Below, one piece after another: positions 30,014 through 38,868 of a stretch of 64,000 nt of DNA. Below the pieces are notes generated by a model. It was not told the DNA's origin. It was given only the letters and a program-made list of their open reading frames with translations, and did no database searches. How positions within the stretch are numbered: position 1 is the stretch's first letter; each line of letters begins with the position of its first letter. Origin of the DNA: Dehalococcoidia bacterium (GTDB lineage Bacteria; Chloroflexota; Dehalococcoidia; UBA6926). Both the position numbers and the translations under genes were made by a program. The stretch is from NCBI GenBank assembly GCA_965224255.1, contig CBDCYO010000001.1:12456-76455 (forward strand), read 5' to 3'.

Positions 30014-31087
30014 ATGAGAGCACCATCAGGACAACAGGCAGTGCGGCTGGCCGAGGACAGGCTGGCTCAGATATTCAGCGCAATCGGCCAGGCTGATCAC
30101 TTCGACATCGAGCTGCACGCCAAAGACGGCGACGAACGCAGTCAATCGGATGCTGTCATCACCATTGCCGGCCGCAGCTTCGTGCTGGAATGCAAGAGTT
30201 CCGGTTCACTCGGCCCGGTAGCAATGGCAGTTAATCGACTGGCCCAAGTCCCGTCCAACTCCCCTGATCCGGTGATCCCGTTGCTGGCGGTCCCCCACAT
30301 GGGCGCGTCAGCACGGGCTTACTGTGAGCAGAACGGCGTGGCCTGGCTGGACCTCTCCGGCAACGGGAGAATCGTGGCGCCTGGGATGTTCTACCAAGAG
30401 GTGGGACACCCCAACCGATTCCCCCGGTCCGGCCGACCGGAAAGCGCCTTCGGTCCCAAGGGTTCCCGTATAACCAGGCAGCTTCTCAAGGATCCGGAAA
30501 CGCCGGTCCGTCAGCGCGACCTGGCTTCCAGCACCGGTTTGAACGAAGGCCACGTCAGCCGGATCGTCAACAAACTGGTGGATATGGATCTCGTGCAGCG
30601 CGGCGATGACGGCATCAGCGTTACTGACCAAAACCTTCTGCTTGACGCTTGGCGTGAGGAGTATCGCTTCGACCGGCATACCGTCATACGCGGGTATGTG
30701 GCGGCTAGGTCGGGCGACGCGTTGGCCCGTTCACTAGCTCAGAAACTGGACGAGTTCGAGATGTCTTATGCCGTAACCGGATTGCCAGCCGCCTGGTTGT
30801 GGACCCGGTACGCCGGGTTCCGGCTCGTCACCGCTTATCTCGCCGATTTCCCATCGGCTGGATTGATGACGGATCTGGGTTTTCGGGAAGAGCCACGCGG
30901 CGCCAACACGTGGCTGGTGATCCCCAACGACGAGGGGGTATTCCATGGAGCCAGCCAGGTAGACGGCGTACGATGCGTCCATCCGGTGCAGGCGTATCTG
31001 GACCTGAAGGACCATCCGGAGCGGTCACAGGAAGCTGCCGAAGAACTGAGGAGCCGGTTGCTCGCAGGAAGTCCCGTTGACCGCTAA
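30014..31087 (+). CDS. AbiEi-like Type IV TA antitoxin/regulator with an extra N-terminal PD-(D/E)xK-like domain
   Basis: Residues about 40-65 FDIELHAKDGDERSQSDAVITIAGRSFVLECKS (D...ExK). Central wHTH VRQRDLASSTGLNEGHVSRIVNKLVDMDLV. AbiEi-like C-terminal domain. Confidence 0.55.
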   Translation: MRAPSGQQAVRLAEDRLAQIFSAIGQADHFDIELHAKDGDERSQSDAVITIAGRSFVLECKSSGSLGPVAMAVNRLAQVPSNSPDPVIPLLAVPHMGASARAYCEQNGVAWLDLSGNGRIVAPGMFYQEVGHPNRFPRSGRPESAFGPKGSRITRQLLKDPETPVRQRDLASSTGLNEGHVSRIVNKLVDMDLVQRGDDGISVTDQNLLLDAWREEYRFDRHTVIRGYVAARSGDALARSLAQKLDEFEMSYAVTGLPAAWLWTRYAGFRLVTAYLADFPSAGLMTDLGFREEPRGANTWLVIPNDEGVFHGASQVDGVRCVHPVQAYLDLKDHPERSQEAAEELRSRLLAGSPVDR

Positions 31088-31919
31088 ACCGACCACATGG
31101 GACGGATATTCCAACGACCAGCTGGACATCGTCACCCGCGCCTGTCTCTACGTTTTCACCAAGCTGGGTGATCTGTGCGACGATGTTGTGGTGGTAGGCG
31201 GCTTGGTGCCTTACCTCCTGGTGGACCAGGATGACCCGCCGACATTGCTGGGGACCCACTCCGGCACCATGGACCTCGACCTGGGGCTGGCGCTCGCGAT
31301 CCTGGATGAACAGCGATATCAGGACTTGAGCGCACGGTTGCGCAGCGCGGGATTTTCTCCAGACGTGAACAGCGCCGGCAACACAACCCTGCAACGCTGG
31401 GTCACCAACTCGGGACCGCACGTAACCATAGACTTCCTGATTCCTCCGCAGGCTGCGAACGGCCAGCCAGGCAGACTTTTCCACATCGAAAACGACTTTG
31501 CCGCGATCATCACTGAGGGACTTGGCCTGGCCTTTCGCGACCGGCGATCGGTGACGTTATCGGGCTACACGCTTGCAGACGAGCGCGCCACCAGAGAGAT
31601 TCCGGTGTGCGGTCCGGGCGCTTTCACCGTGCTCAAGGCTCTGGCCTTTCGGAACCGGGGCGAAAACAAGGACGCCTACGACCTGCATTACGTGCTGAGC
31701 GGTCTGGGCATCAACGAAGTCGCCCACTGCCTGCGGTCGCTCTTGCCAGATGCCCGGGTCAAGAAAACGTTGACCATCATCGGGAACGAGTTCACCGTGC
31801 GCGACGCCACGGGACCGAGGCGGGTGGCTCAGTTCCTGACCAACGGTCCGGACGATGATATTCAGGCGGACGTCGTCGGCAATGCGGTTGCGCTGCTAAA
31901 CGCGATGGGAATGACTTAA
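31077..31919 (+). CDS. AbiEii/DUF1814-family nucleotidyltransferase toxin
   Basis: TTG start after AGGAAG RBS, overlapping upstream stop. VVVGGLVPYLL...GTMDLDL (GG...D.D) and KDAYDLHYVL signature blocks. Confidence 0.75.
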   Translation: MTAKPTTWDGYSNDQLDIVTRACLYVFTKLGDLCDDVVVVGGLVPYLLVDQDDPPTLLGTHSGTMDLDLGLALAILDEQRYQDLSARLRSAGFSPDVNSAGNTTLQRWVTNSGPHVTIDFLIPPQAANGQPGRLFHIENDFAAIITEGLGLAFRDRRSVTLSGYTLADERATREIPVCGPGAFTVLKALAFRNRGENKDAYDLHYVLSGLGINEVAHCLRSLLPDARVKKTLTIIGNEFTVRDATGPRRVAQFLTNGPDDDIQADVVGNAVALLNAMGMT

Positions 31920-32031
31920 GACTGCGGACCGCCTTCAGGCGGCCGTAGAGTTTCGACGAAGCAACATACCGCTTCGAAGACAAAGGTTTGCCAAGACCCG
32001 CCCGCAAGTCAAGAATGGAGAAGGGACAGCC

Positions 32032-33801
32032 GTGCTTCAGATTGCATCCGGCAAATTGTTCCGGAAGAAACCCGGCCAGCGCAATGAGTTGCGAGGCGTA
32101 CTGTACACGAACCTGCGGGTGTACGACAGAGTGATTGAGACTTCCGCAGGCCGTTTACTGTCCACGAGCAACCTGCACGACTCGAAAACGTTGGTGTACG
32201 AGTTAGCCGAACTCATCGAGGATGATCCCGGCCCAGGAGTGATCGCATCACACGGTATTGATCCGTACCTGAGCGACTTTGCAACCGTCGTATCCTTCGT
32301 CCTCAACGTGACCTGCACGCCGGACCACGACCTAACCCTTAGGTTGCTCAGCGGACGCCCCAGTCCGTCAGTTCAGTTCCCTCCTAACAAACTGGTCGCT
32401 CGGGCGTTCGATGACATGGTCTGGTGCCAGCCTCGGGACGAAATCCAGCTGTTCGAGATGGTTGCTCAACTCATCAGCCTGAAGCGCGAGAGTTTCCTGG
32501 CGGCCATGCGGTCCATACGCTCCTACGTCACCGGATTGCATAGGCTCGCCGATGACCATGAGCTGGCTTACACACTGCTGGTAGTAGCCATTGAGTCGCT
32601 GGCGCCGGAATTCGACGACTCCAATCCACAGTGGTCAGACTACGACCAGCGGAAGCGTCTTGCCATCGATAAAGCCCTGGTCGGTGCGGATGAGGGTTTG
32701 GCTACGCGAGTCAGAGAAGCTTTGCTGGCAACCGAGCACGTTGCGTTGGGCCGGCGCTTCCGTGAGTTCGCTCTGGAACACTTGGAGCCGTCCTACTTCC
32801 GGAAGGAAGCCCAAGGTTTGGTCAATCCCGTGGGATATTCCGACCTGGAAGTCGCGTTGCGGCAGGCATACAACTTGCGCTCCGACTATGTTCACGAACT
32901 AGCAGAACTACCCGCGATACTGAAGCTGCCGGGTTTCGGGGACACGGCTCCACTGGGTCGCCAGGCAGTGCTGACATTTCAAGGACTAGCTCGTCTGGCT
33001 CGCCATGTGATCGCGACATTCATCCAGAGACAACCCAAGGTTCACCGGGAAGCGTACGATTACCGGCTCGAACTGCCCGGCGTGGCAAGAGTCGAGCTGG
33101 AACCTCGATACTGGGTCGGTCGCGCTGACAACCTGCACAACAACGCGGGACGTCGACGCTTGGAAGGTTTCCTGAAACAGGCCACGGCGTGTCTGCTCCA
33201 AGGAGAAGGAGCTTCCGTTACTAACCTGAGGGACGTGCTGTTGGAAGTCGAGAGAATGCTCGCCCAGATGAGCGCTCACCAACGGCGGCCGTTCATCGCG
33301 CTCTACATCCTATTCAACACGATGGCATTGGGAAACGAGAAGATGGATCAATTTGAGGAGCTCACGAAGCACTACTGGGAGGAGTTTGCCCAGCCAGCGA
33401 TAGAGTCCATGCTGACGTTTCTGGCGTTGGGTATCGACCCCGAGTGGTCTCTCACCGAGCATCGCGAGGTCCACGACACTTACTTCCGGGAGAAGCACCA
33501 CAAGAACGGCCTGAGAGTTCCTCCCGCTCTGGAAGCAGGGCTCTGCCTGACTCTCGCCGAGCATTACCGCCTGGCAGGCGACGTTGTGCAGGCACGCGCA
33601 CTCATCACATCAGCTGCGGAGAATCATCCTGGCCACGCTCCTCTGCTCGACCTTGAGCAGAACTTCGACCCTGCCCAGGAGATCAACTGGATGAATACGG
33701 TCAGACCACCTCGGGTTGATGAAGATGACAAAGACCCTGCGGGAGGAACCGGCGACCGAGATGCGAAAGGGGCAACATCGGAGGTGTTCGGAAAACCATA
33801 A
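32032..33801 (+). CDS. large hypothetical protein with HEPN-like Rx4H motif
   Basis: GTG start after GGAGAAGGGA RBS. ALRQAYNLRSDYVHELAEL contains R-x4-H. No other recognisable domain. Confidence 0.5.
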   Translation: MLQIASGKLFRKKPGQRNELRGVLYTNLRVYDRVIETSAGRLLSTSNLHDSKTLVYELAELIEDDPGPGVIASHGIDPYLSDFATVVSFVLNVTCTPDHDLTLRLLSGRPSPSVQFPPNKLVARAFDDMVWCQPRDEIQLFEMVAQLISLKRESFLAAMRSIRSYVTGLHRLADDHELAYTLLVVAIESLAPEFDDSNPQWSDYDQRKRLAIDKALVGADEGLATRVREALLATEHVALGRRFREFALEHLEPSYFRKEAQGLVNPVGYSDLEVALRQAYNLRSDYVHELAELPAILKLPGFGDTAPLGRQAVLTFQGLARLARHVIATFIQRQPKVHREAYDYRLELPGVARVELEPRYWVGRADNLHNNAGRRRLEGFLKQATACLLQGEGASVTNLRDVLLEVERMLAQMSAHQRRPFIALYILFNTMALGNEKMDQFEELTKHYWEEFAQPAIESMLTFLALGIDPEWSLTEHREVHDTYFREKHHKNGLRVPPALEAGLCLTLAEHYRLAGDVVQARALITSAAENHPGHAPLLDLEQNFDPAQEINWMNTVRPPRVDEDDKDPAGGTGDRDAKGATSEVFGKP

Positions 33802-33815
33802 CCATTACCCAGCGC

Positions 33816-35336
33816 ATGGGATTTCCAGATGAAAAACAATGGTCAATAAGCCAGGAGGACAATTTGAACGAACCGCGTGTACCGGAAGCTATTGATCTGC
33901 AGCAGAAATGGCGACTCGGCGAGCAGTTGGGAGCCGGGGGATTTGCCGACGTCTATCGGGCCCGGTCGGGGAACGGAACATCGGCAGTGGTCAAGCTCGT
34001 CCGCAAGCTGCCCGGTACCCATCGCGAACTCCTGTTTGTGGATTTGGACGACGTGCCCAATGTCGTGCCCATCATCGACTGGGGTGAACACGACGACTAT
34101 TGGGTGCTGGTGATGCCGGAAGCAGAGAAGTCGCTCCGCGACCGCCTCATTGAAGTCGAAGGTCGGCTTGATACGTCCGAAGCCGTCCCGATACTCATTG
34201 ACGTCGCCCAGGCGCTTGTAGCCATGGAAAGCCGCGTCGTGCACCGGGACATCAAGCCGGAGAACATCCTCCTGCTGGATGGCAGCTGGCGCCTTGCGGA
34301 CTTCGGTATCGCCCGTTACGCCGAGGCCACCACCGCGCCGGACACGCTGAAGTACTCGATGTCCCGCGCCTACGCCGCGCCTGAGCAGTGGCGAGGCGAG
34401 AGGGCCAGCAGCGCTACGGACGTGTACGCTTTGGGGGTTGTGGCATATGAACTCCTGACGGGACAGCTTCCGTTCCAGGGAGTCGACCTGCGGCAACAGC
34501 ACTTGGAAGAGACCCCAGAGACCATCTCAGGCATTCCCGACAGGCTGCGATCCCTGGTGAACGAATGCTTGTACAAGGGCCCCGAAGCACGCCCACGGCC
34601 TCAGAATCTTCTGGCGCGGTTGCAGGGAAGTATGCAAGCGGCCTCCGCGGCAGCATCTCGCCTGCAACAGGCCAACGCTCTGGCCGTACAGAGAAAAGCG
34701 GAGGATGAGCGTCAACAGTCTGCAGCCCAAGTCGAAGCGGAGCGGCGGAGAACGCTTCGGGCCGCAGCCGAACAGTCGTTGGAAACCACTCTGGCCCTGC
34801 TCCATCAGCAGATTGCGGACAACGCGCCAGCAGTCCGTGTAGCAGGTTCCCCTCCCCGAAGCTGGGCTTTGAACGACGCCACTTTGCGCATGGGCACGAT
34901 CACGCTAGCTGTTCCGAAACCCGACGAACGTATGCAATTGCCGTTCGACGTAGTGGCCCATACATCGATCAGCCTCTCCGTTCCCCGAGACCGATACGGG
35001 TACACAGGCCGTTCCCACTCGTTGTGGTATTGCGACGCCCAGCACGAGGGAGGGTTCCGGTGGTACGAAACGGCCTTCATGATCACCTTTGGTGGGTCCG
35101 AAAGGCGGGGCTTTGCACCCTTCGATATGCACCCGGGCGATCCCGACGCAATGCTAGCCCTGTCGCCGGTGATGCATACTCACCAGGTGGCTTGGCCATT
35201 CACTCCGATTGACCAGGGGGACGAGGACGCTTTCATCGAACAGTGGATGGGGTGGATCGGCGAGGCCGCACAAAGCCAGATGCGCCGTCCGAGCACGCTA
35301 CCGGAAGTAAACCCCCAAGGTTCGTGGCGACGATGA
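33816..35336 (+). CDS. Hanks-type Ser/Thr protein kinase with ~230-aa C-terminal domain of unknown function
   Basis: LGAGGFADVY...AVVK, HRDIKPENILL, DFG, APE motifs. Alternative TTG start 33876 after GGAGGA. Confidence 0.85.
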   Translation: MGFPDEKQWSISQEDNLNEPRVPEAIDLQQKWRLGEQLGAGGFADVYRARSGNGTSAVVKLVRKLPGTHRELLFVDLDDVPNVVPIIDWGEHDDYWVLVMPEAEKSLRDRLIEVEGRLDTSEAVPILIDVAQALVAMESRVVHRDIKPENILLLDGSWRLADFGIARYAEATTAPDTLKYSMSRAYAAPEQWRGERASSATDVYALGVVAYELLTGQLPFQGVDLRQQHLEETPETISGIPDRLRSLVNECLYKGPEARPRPQNLLARLQGSMQAASAAASRLQQANALAVQRKAEDERQQSAAQVEAERRRTLRAAAEQSLETTLALLHQQIADNAPAVRVAGSPPRSWALNDATLRMGTITLAVPKPDERMQLPFDVVAHTSISLSVPRDRYGYTGRSHSLWYCDAQHEGGFRWYETAFMITFGGSERRGFAPFDMHPGDPDAMLALSPVMHTHQVAWPFTPIDQGDEDAFIEQWMGWIGEAAQSQMRRPSTLPEVNPQGSWRR

Positions 35337-35609
35337 TGTTGCAGGAGCGCATGACCGTTTACTGTAAGGACCCCAAGGCAAAGCGGGAAACAATACCCGG
35401 ACGTCCCTTTGGCCTCACCGGCCCGATCAGCGGGGGACCGTCGCCATCGCCGCCGTAAACCACGGTGATGAGACGGCGCGTAGCGAATGCTCGGGCGCGA
35501 TGGTCTGGCCCGACGCCAGTTCCACGCGGACGCCAGTTCCATGCTGACAAGCTGACAACGCGTGCAACGTCCGGCCAGCGGGGTGAGCGCCGGCCGGACG
35601 TGCGGGGTG

Positions 35610-36314
35610 CTACTGGACCCGAACGTTCAGCGACGGATTGTCGCCATCGCCGGGTGCAGTGATGGTGAAGTGGAGGTGGATATCGATGTGGACATCATCT
35701 CCGTCCCGGACCGTCACCGCTCCGCCGCTCACCGTCAGGGTCGCCGCCTTCGGCGGCTGGGCCGGTCTGGCGGCAGCGGGCCGCCGGTTCAGCTTCTCCA
35801 CCTCCTCGGAGATCAACCGCTTGCCCAGCTGCTTCTGCACCTGGTCCCCTTCGGGCAGGTCGGCAAGACTGGCCACCAGGTCGTCCAGACCCGACAGAAG
35901 CTTGACCTTGCTGCCCCGCATCTCCTCCAGGATGTCCGGGTCTGGGGTCATGTCGGTGAACACCATCACGGGGATGACGTAGCAGCCGAAGTCCAGGTCC
36001 TGGGACAGCCGGTCCTTGATGGACATGGCCGCATCCCAGGCCTCTTCCCGGACGTTGCCCATCGGCGTGACGGCGCCGTCCTCGGCGTGGCGGTACCATC
36101 CACCGTCTCGCACGGACCATTGGTCGTGCAGGAAGGTGAGAGCGTAGCGGCCGTTGCCCTCCAGCAGGACCAGGCAGTCGGGGGCGGGGTCGCCGGGGGC
36201 CACCAGGGGCCACCACAGCGCCTGGCCGGACCGGTCGCTCTGCTCAAACTGCTGGCAGATCTCGATCTCCTTCAGGGTCATGGGGCGGTTGTCATCGGTT
36301 TTCACGACTTTCAT
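35610..36314 (-). CDS. NERD-like domain protein, degenerate (lacks the conserved K), paralog of 38869-39585
   Basis: DCLVLLEGNGRYALTFLH aligns with DYAVWIEGLGRFALQVKG of the paralog; YVIPVMVFTDMTPDPDI vs YVIPVLMFPDMEPDLAI. Confidence 0.55.
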   Translation of the reverse strand: MKVVKTDDNRPMTLKEIEICQQFEQSDRSGQALWWPLVAPGDPAPDCLVLLEGNGRYALTFLHDQWSVRDGGWYRHAEDGAVTPMGNVREEAWDAAMSIKDRLSQDLDFGCYVIPVMVFTDMTPDPDILEEMRGSKVKLLSGLDDLVASLADLPEGDQVQKQLGKRLISEEVEKLNRRPAAARPAQPPKAATLTVSGGAVTVRDGDDVHIDIHLHFTITAPGDGDNPSLNVRVQ

Positions 36315-36324
36315 GTTTAATCAC

Positions 36325-36350
36325 CTTTTGTTGTTGTTGCGATTGTGATT
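36325..36350 (-). repeat. CA-rich tandem repeat in 5' leader of NERD-like gene ((CAA)n / CAATCACAATCG on the coding strand)
   Basis: + strand ttttgttgttgttgcgattgtgattgg immediately upstream (on - strand) of the RBS AAAAGGTG. Confidence 0.6.
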
Positions 36351-36564
36351 GGAAGGTTGCGCCGGGTCCGCAGAAACGGAAGCGGGCCGACCCGGGAAGG
36401 TCCCGGATCGGCCCGCGGCAGCTGCGGCCAGGCTTTGGATGGTGAATGATGGTGAATTGGGGGCAGAATGTCGCCCCCCTGCGGGTAGCGCTCGCCCAGC
36501 GGTCGGGGGCGGCCCCCGGGCCGTGGCATTGCCAGCGGTTTCATGACGCATGATGATTTTCACT

Positions 36565-36595
36565 TCCTTGTGGTGTGGTGTGGTGTGGTATGGAC
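36565..36595 (-). repeat. (CCACA)3-4 tandem repeat followed by AAGGAAG RBS-like sequence
   Basis: + strand cttgtggtgtggtgtggtgtggtatgg; RC CCACACCACACCACACCACAAGGAAGTGAAAATCATCATG. Confidence 0.6.
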
Positions 36596-36850
36596 GGGGC
36601 CTGCGCGACCTTTCCCGAGGGTTGGCAGTGCGTTCGCCAGCGCTCGGTTTTCACGTCCCACAGCCGTCCGTGGTCCGGGTCCGGGATCAGCCGGTACCGG
36701 AGCGCCAGGGGGAACGACGGCCACCATACAGAGGACGATGGCCAAGACCAGCGGCGTCCCGGTAAGACGCTGCGCCCCTGGTGACGTTGACCAGCTCGAC
36801 TGCAGGGACGACGGCGCAGATGCGGTTTCGCCGCCATCGGCGCGGCGCCC

Positions 36851-38587
36851 TCAGGACGGCACTTGCCCCAAATGCACGTCCACGCCCATCAGGCGCAGCA
36901 TCACCCGCCCCGTCACCGGCGCGGCCTCCCGCGTGGAGCCCTTCTCCCTGGGCTCGAACCGCTGGCGGGCCAGCGCCTCAATGTCCCTCTGGCACAGTTC
37001 TCTCCAACGGCGGGCCTCATCCCAGATGTCGCCAAAACGCTGGTGCACCGGACCACCGGCCGTGAGCACCAGCAGCCGCTCGGCTCGGGAGAAGGCCACG
37101 TAATGCTGGCGCATGTGGTCGAAGGCCGCAATGAGCCGGGCGGGCTCTGCGTCAGACCGGAGATAGTACGGCCCCAACGACCTGCCCACCGGATCCACGT
37201 TGGGATTGTGTAAATCAAGAGACCCCACGATCACCACCGGCCACTGCCTTCCCTTGGACTGGTGAATGGTCGTCACGGTCACCGCTCCTTGGGAGCGTCT
37301 CCGGCCTCGTTCCCCGCGACCGGAGCCAGCCGGCACGCAGCGCGCGGGAATGCCCGCATCATTCAGGGCGTCCAGATAGGGTCCGGACACATCATCCTGT
37401 ACGCTGTGCAACAGCAACGCCACCTGGTGATAACCCTCAATCACTCGGCGGCTTTTCAGAAACCGCAGCAGATCAGCCAGCTGCCTTCCCTCGTCGTCGG
37501 GGTCGCGCCCCTCGACGGCGATCACCGCCGGGTAATCGTCGTACCCGCACGGGTCGTGGGGAACTATGGTCTTGGCATGGCGGAAGGGCGCGCCTTCGGG
37601 ATCGGGGTTGGACCAGTCCGCCGACCACATCCACCCGTCATACGCCCTGACGATGTCGGGGTGGCTGCGGTAGTTGACGGTGAGCTCCACCACCCGGCAG
37701 TCGTGGAAGCGCTCGCCGAACCCGAGAATATTGCGCACCGTGGCGCCGCGGAAACGGTACAGGGACTGGTCCTCGTCGCCGACCACGCACAGGTTGCCGT
37801 GCGCTGCGGACAGCCGCGTCAGGATGCGTTCCTGCACGTGGCTGGTGTCCTGACACTCATCACACATCAGGTACCGTATGCCACCGGAGATTGCATCGGC
37901 GACGTCATCGTCATCCAGCAGCAGGTCTGCCCAGGCCTGCAGGTGGGCGAAGTCGGCGGCGTTCTCATCCAGCAGCAGGCGCGCGTAGCGCCGGTAGCAG
38001 CGGCCCACGGCGGCAATGAAGGAACTGCGGGAACGGGTCAGGTTCCGGGGATTGATCACCTCATCGCAGATCCGCTCGAAGTACTTGAGCGCGCCCTTCA
38101 CCACCGCCGGGGGACGTCGCCAGCCCCGGCCCTCCAGATCCAACATGTCGGGGCCGAAAACGTCGTCGAACCGCCGATGCAGCAGGTTCGCCTGCTGATC
38201 GTTGTCCAGCAGGCGGAAACCGCGCCTCAAACCCACCCGCTCGGGGTGTTCGGCCAGGAGCCGTCCGCACAGGCTGTGGATGGTGCACACGCGCGTGCGG
38301 CCGGTGCTGACTCCGTAATCCGCCGCGCTGGCCACGGCGTCAAACCTCTGGCGCAGCTCACCGGCCGCGTCCGCGTTGTAGGTGCACAGCAGCAACTCCT
38401 CCGGCCGGGCCAGCCCCCGCAATAGGATGTTGGCTCCCCGGAGCGCCAGCGTCAGGGTCTTGCCGGCGCCGGGACCGGCGACGCCCAGCGTGGGGCCGTC
38501 CAGGCTGCTGATCAGCTCCAGCTGTCCGGCGTCCAGCTGCGGGTAGAGGGACAAAATGACGGGCGCTACGCCCGCGGTGGTTTTCAT
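36851..38587 (-). CDS. UvrD/Rep-family SF1 DNA helicase (compact, 578 aa)
   Basis: GPGAGKT (I), TYNADAAGEL (Ia), CDECQDTS (II), VVGDEDQSLYRFRGA (III), NYRSHPDIV (IV), TIHQSKGRQWPVVIV (V), YVAFSRAERLLVLT (VI). Confidence 0.9.
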   Translation of the reverse strand: MKTTAGVAPVILSLYPQLDAGQLELISSLDGPTLGVAGPGAGKTLTLALRGANILLRGLARPEELLLCTYNADAAGELRQRFDAVASAADYGVSTGRTRVCTIHSLCGRLLAEHPERVGLRRGFRLLDNDQQANLLHRRFDDVFGPDMLDLEGRGWRRPPAVVKGALKYFERICDEVINPRNLTRSRSSFIAAVGRCYRRYARLLLDENAADFAHLQAWADLLLDDDDVADAISGGIRYLMCDECQDTSHVQERILTRLSAAHGNLCVVGDEDQSLYRFRGATVRNILGFGERFHDCRVVELTVNYRSHPDIVRAYDGWMWSADWSNPDPEGAPFRHAKTIVPHDPCGYDDYPAVIAVEGRDPDDEGRQLADLLRFLKSRRVIEGYHQVALLLHSVQDDVSGPYLDALNDAGIPARCVPAGSGRGERGRRRSQGAVTVTTIHQSKGRQWPVVIVGSLDLHNPNVDPVGRSLGPYYLRSDAEPARLIAAFDHMRQHYVAFSRAERLLVLTAGGPVHQRFGDIWDEARRWRELCQRDIEALARQRFEPREKGSTREAAPVTGRVMLRLMGVDVHLGQVPS

Positions 38588-38599
38588 ATCTGTTCACTC

Positions 38600-38640
38600 C
38601 AGAATGGGTTTTGGGATTGGTTTTGGGATTGAGGTTGGGG
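38600..38640 (-). repeat. 12-bp tandem repeat (CAATCCCAAAAC x2) in helicase 5' leader
   Basis: + strand gggttttgggattggttttgggattg; RC ...CAATCCCAAAACCAATCCCAAAACCC...ATG. Confidence 0.7.
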
Positions 38641-38868
38641 GGATGGCAACGACAGCCAATGGCAGCAACATCCAATGGCGGCGGCGGCGATGGGCACGCT
38701 GCCGGTCGGGTCGGGTCGGATGCGCCCGTCATCCGCATGGAAAAGCGCCGGTGACCATCGGCCGACCGGCGCCGACGGCGCACGCATGTGGGCGCCCGGC
38801 CGGACTGCGACGACGAGATGCCGCCTATGCGTTGGACCAGGGCGTGGACTTCCCGGCAATATGGGCAG

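Noticed and set aside
35560-35605. GC-rich stem-loop (ACGTCCGGCC...GGCCGGACGT) between kinase and NERD-like gene as an intrinsic terminator
   Set aside because: No U-tract on either strand. May still be a structured element, but not callable as a rho-independent terminator.
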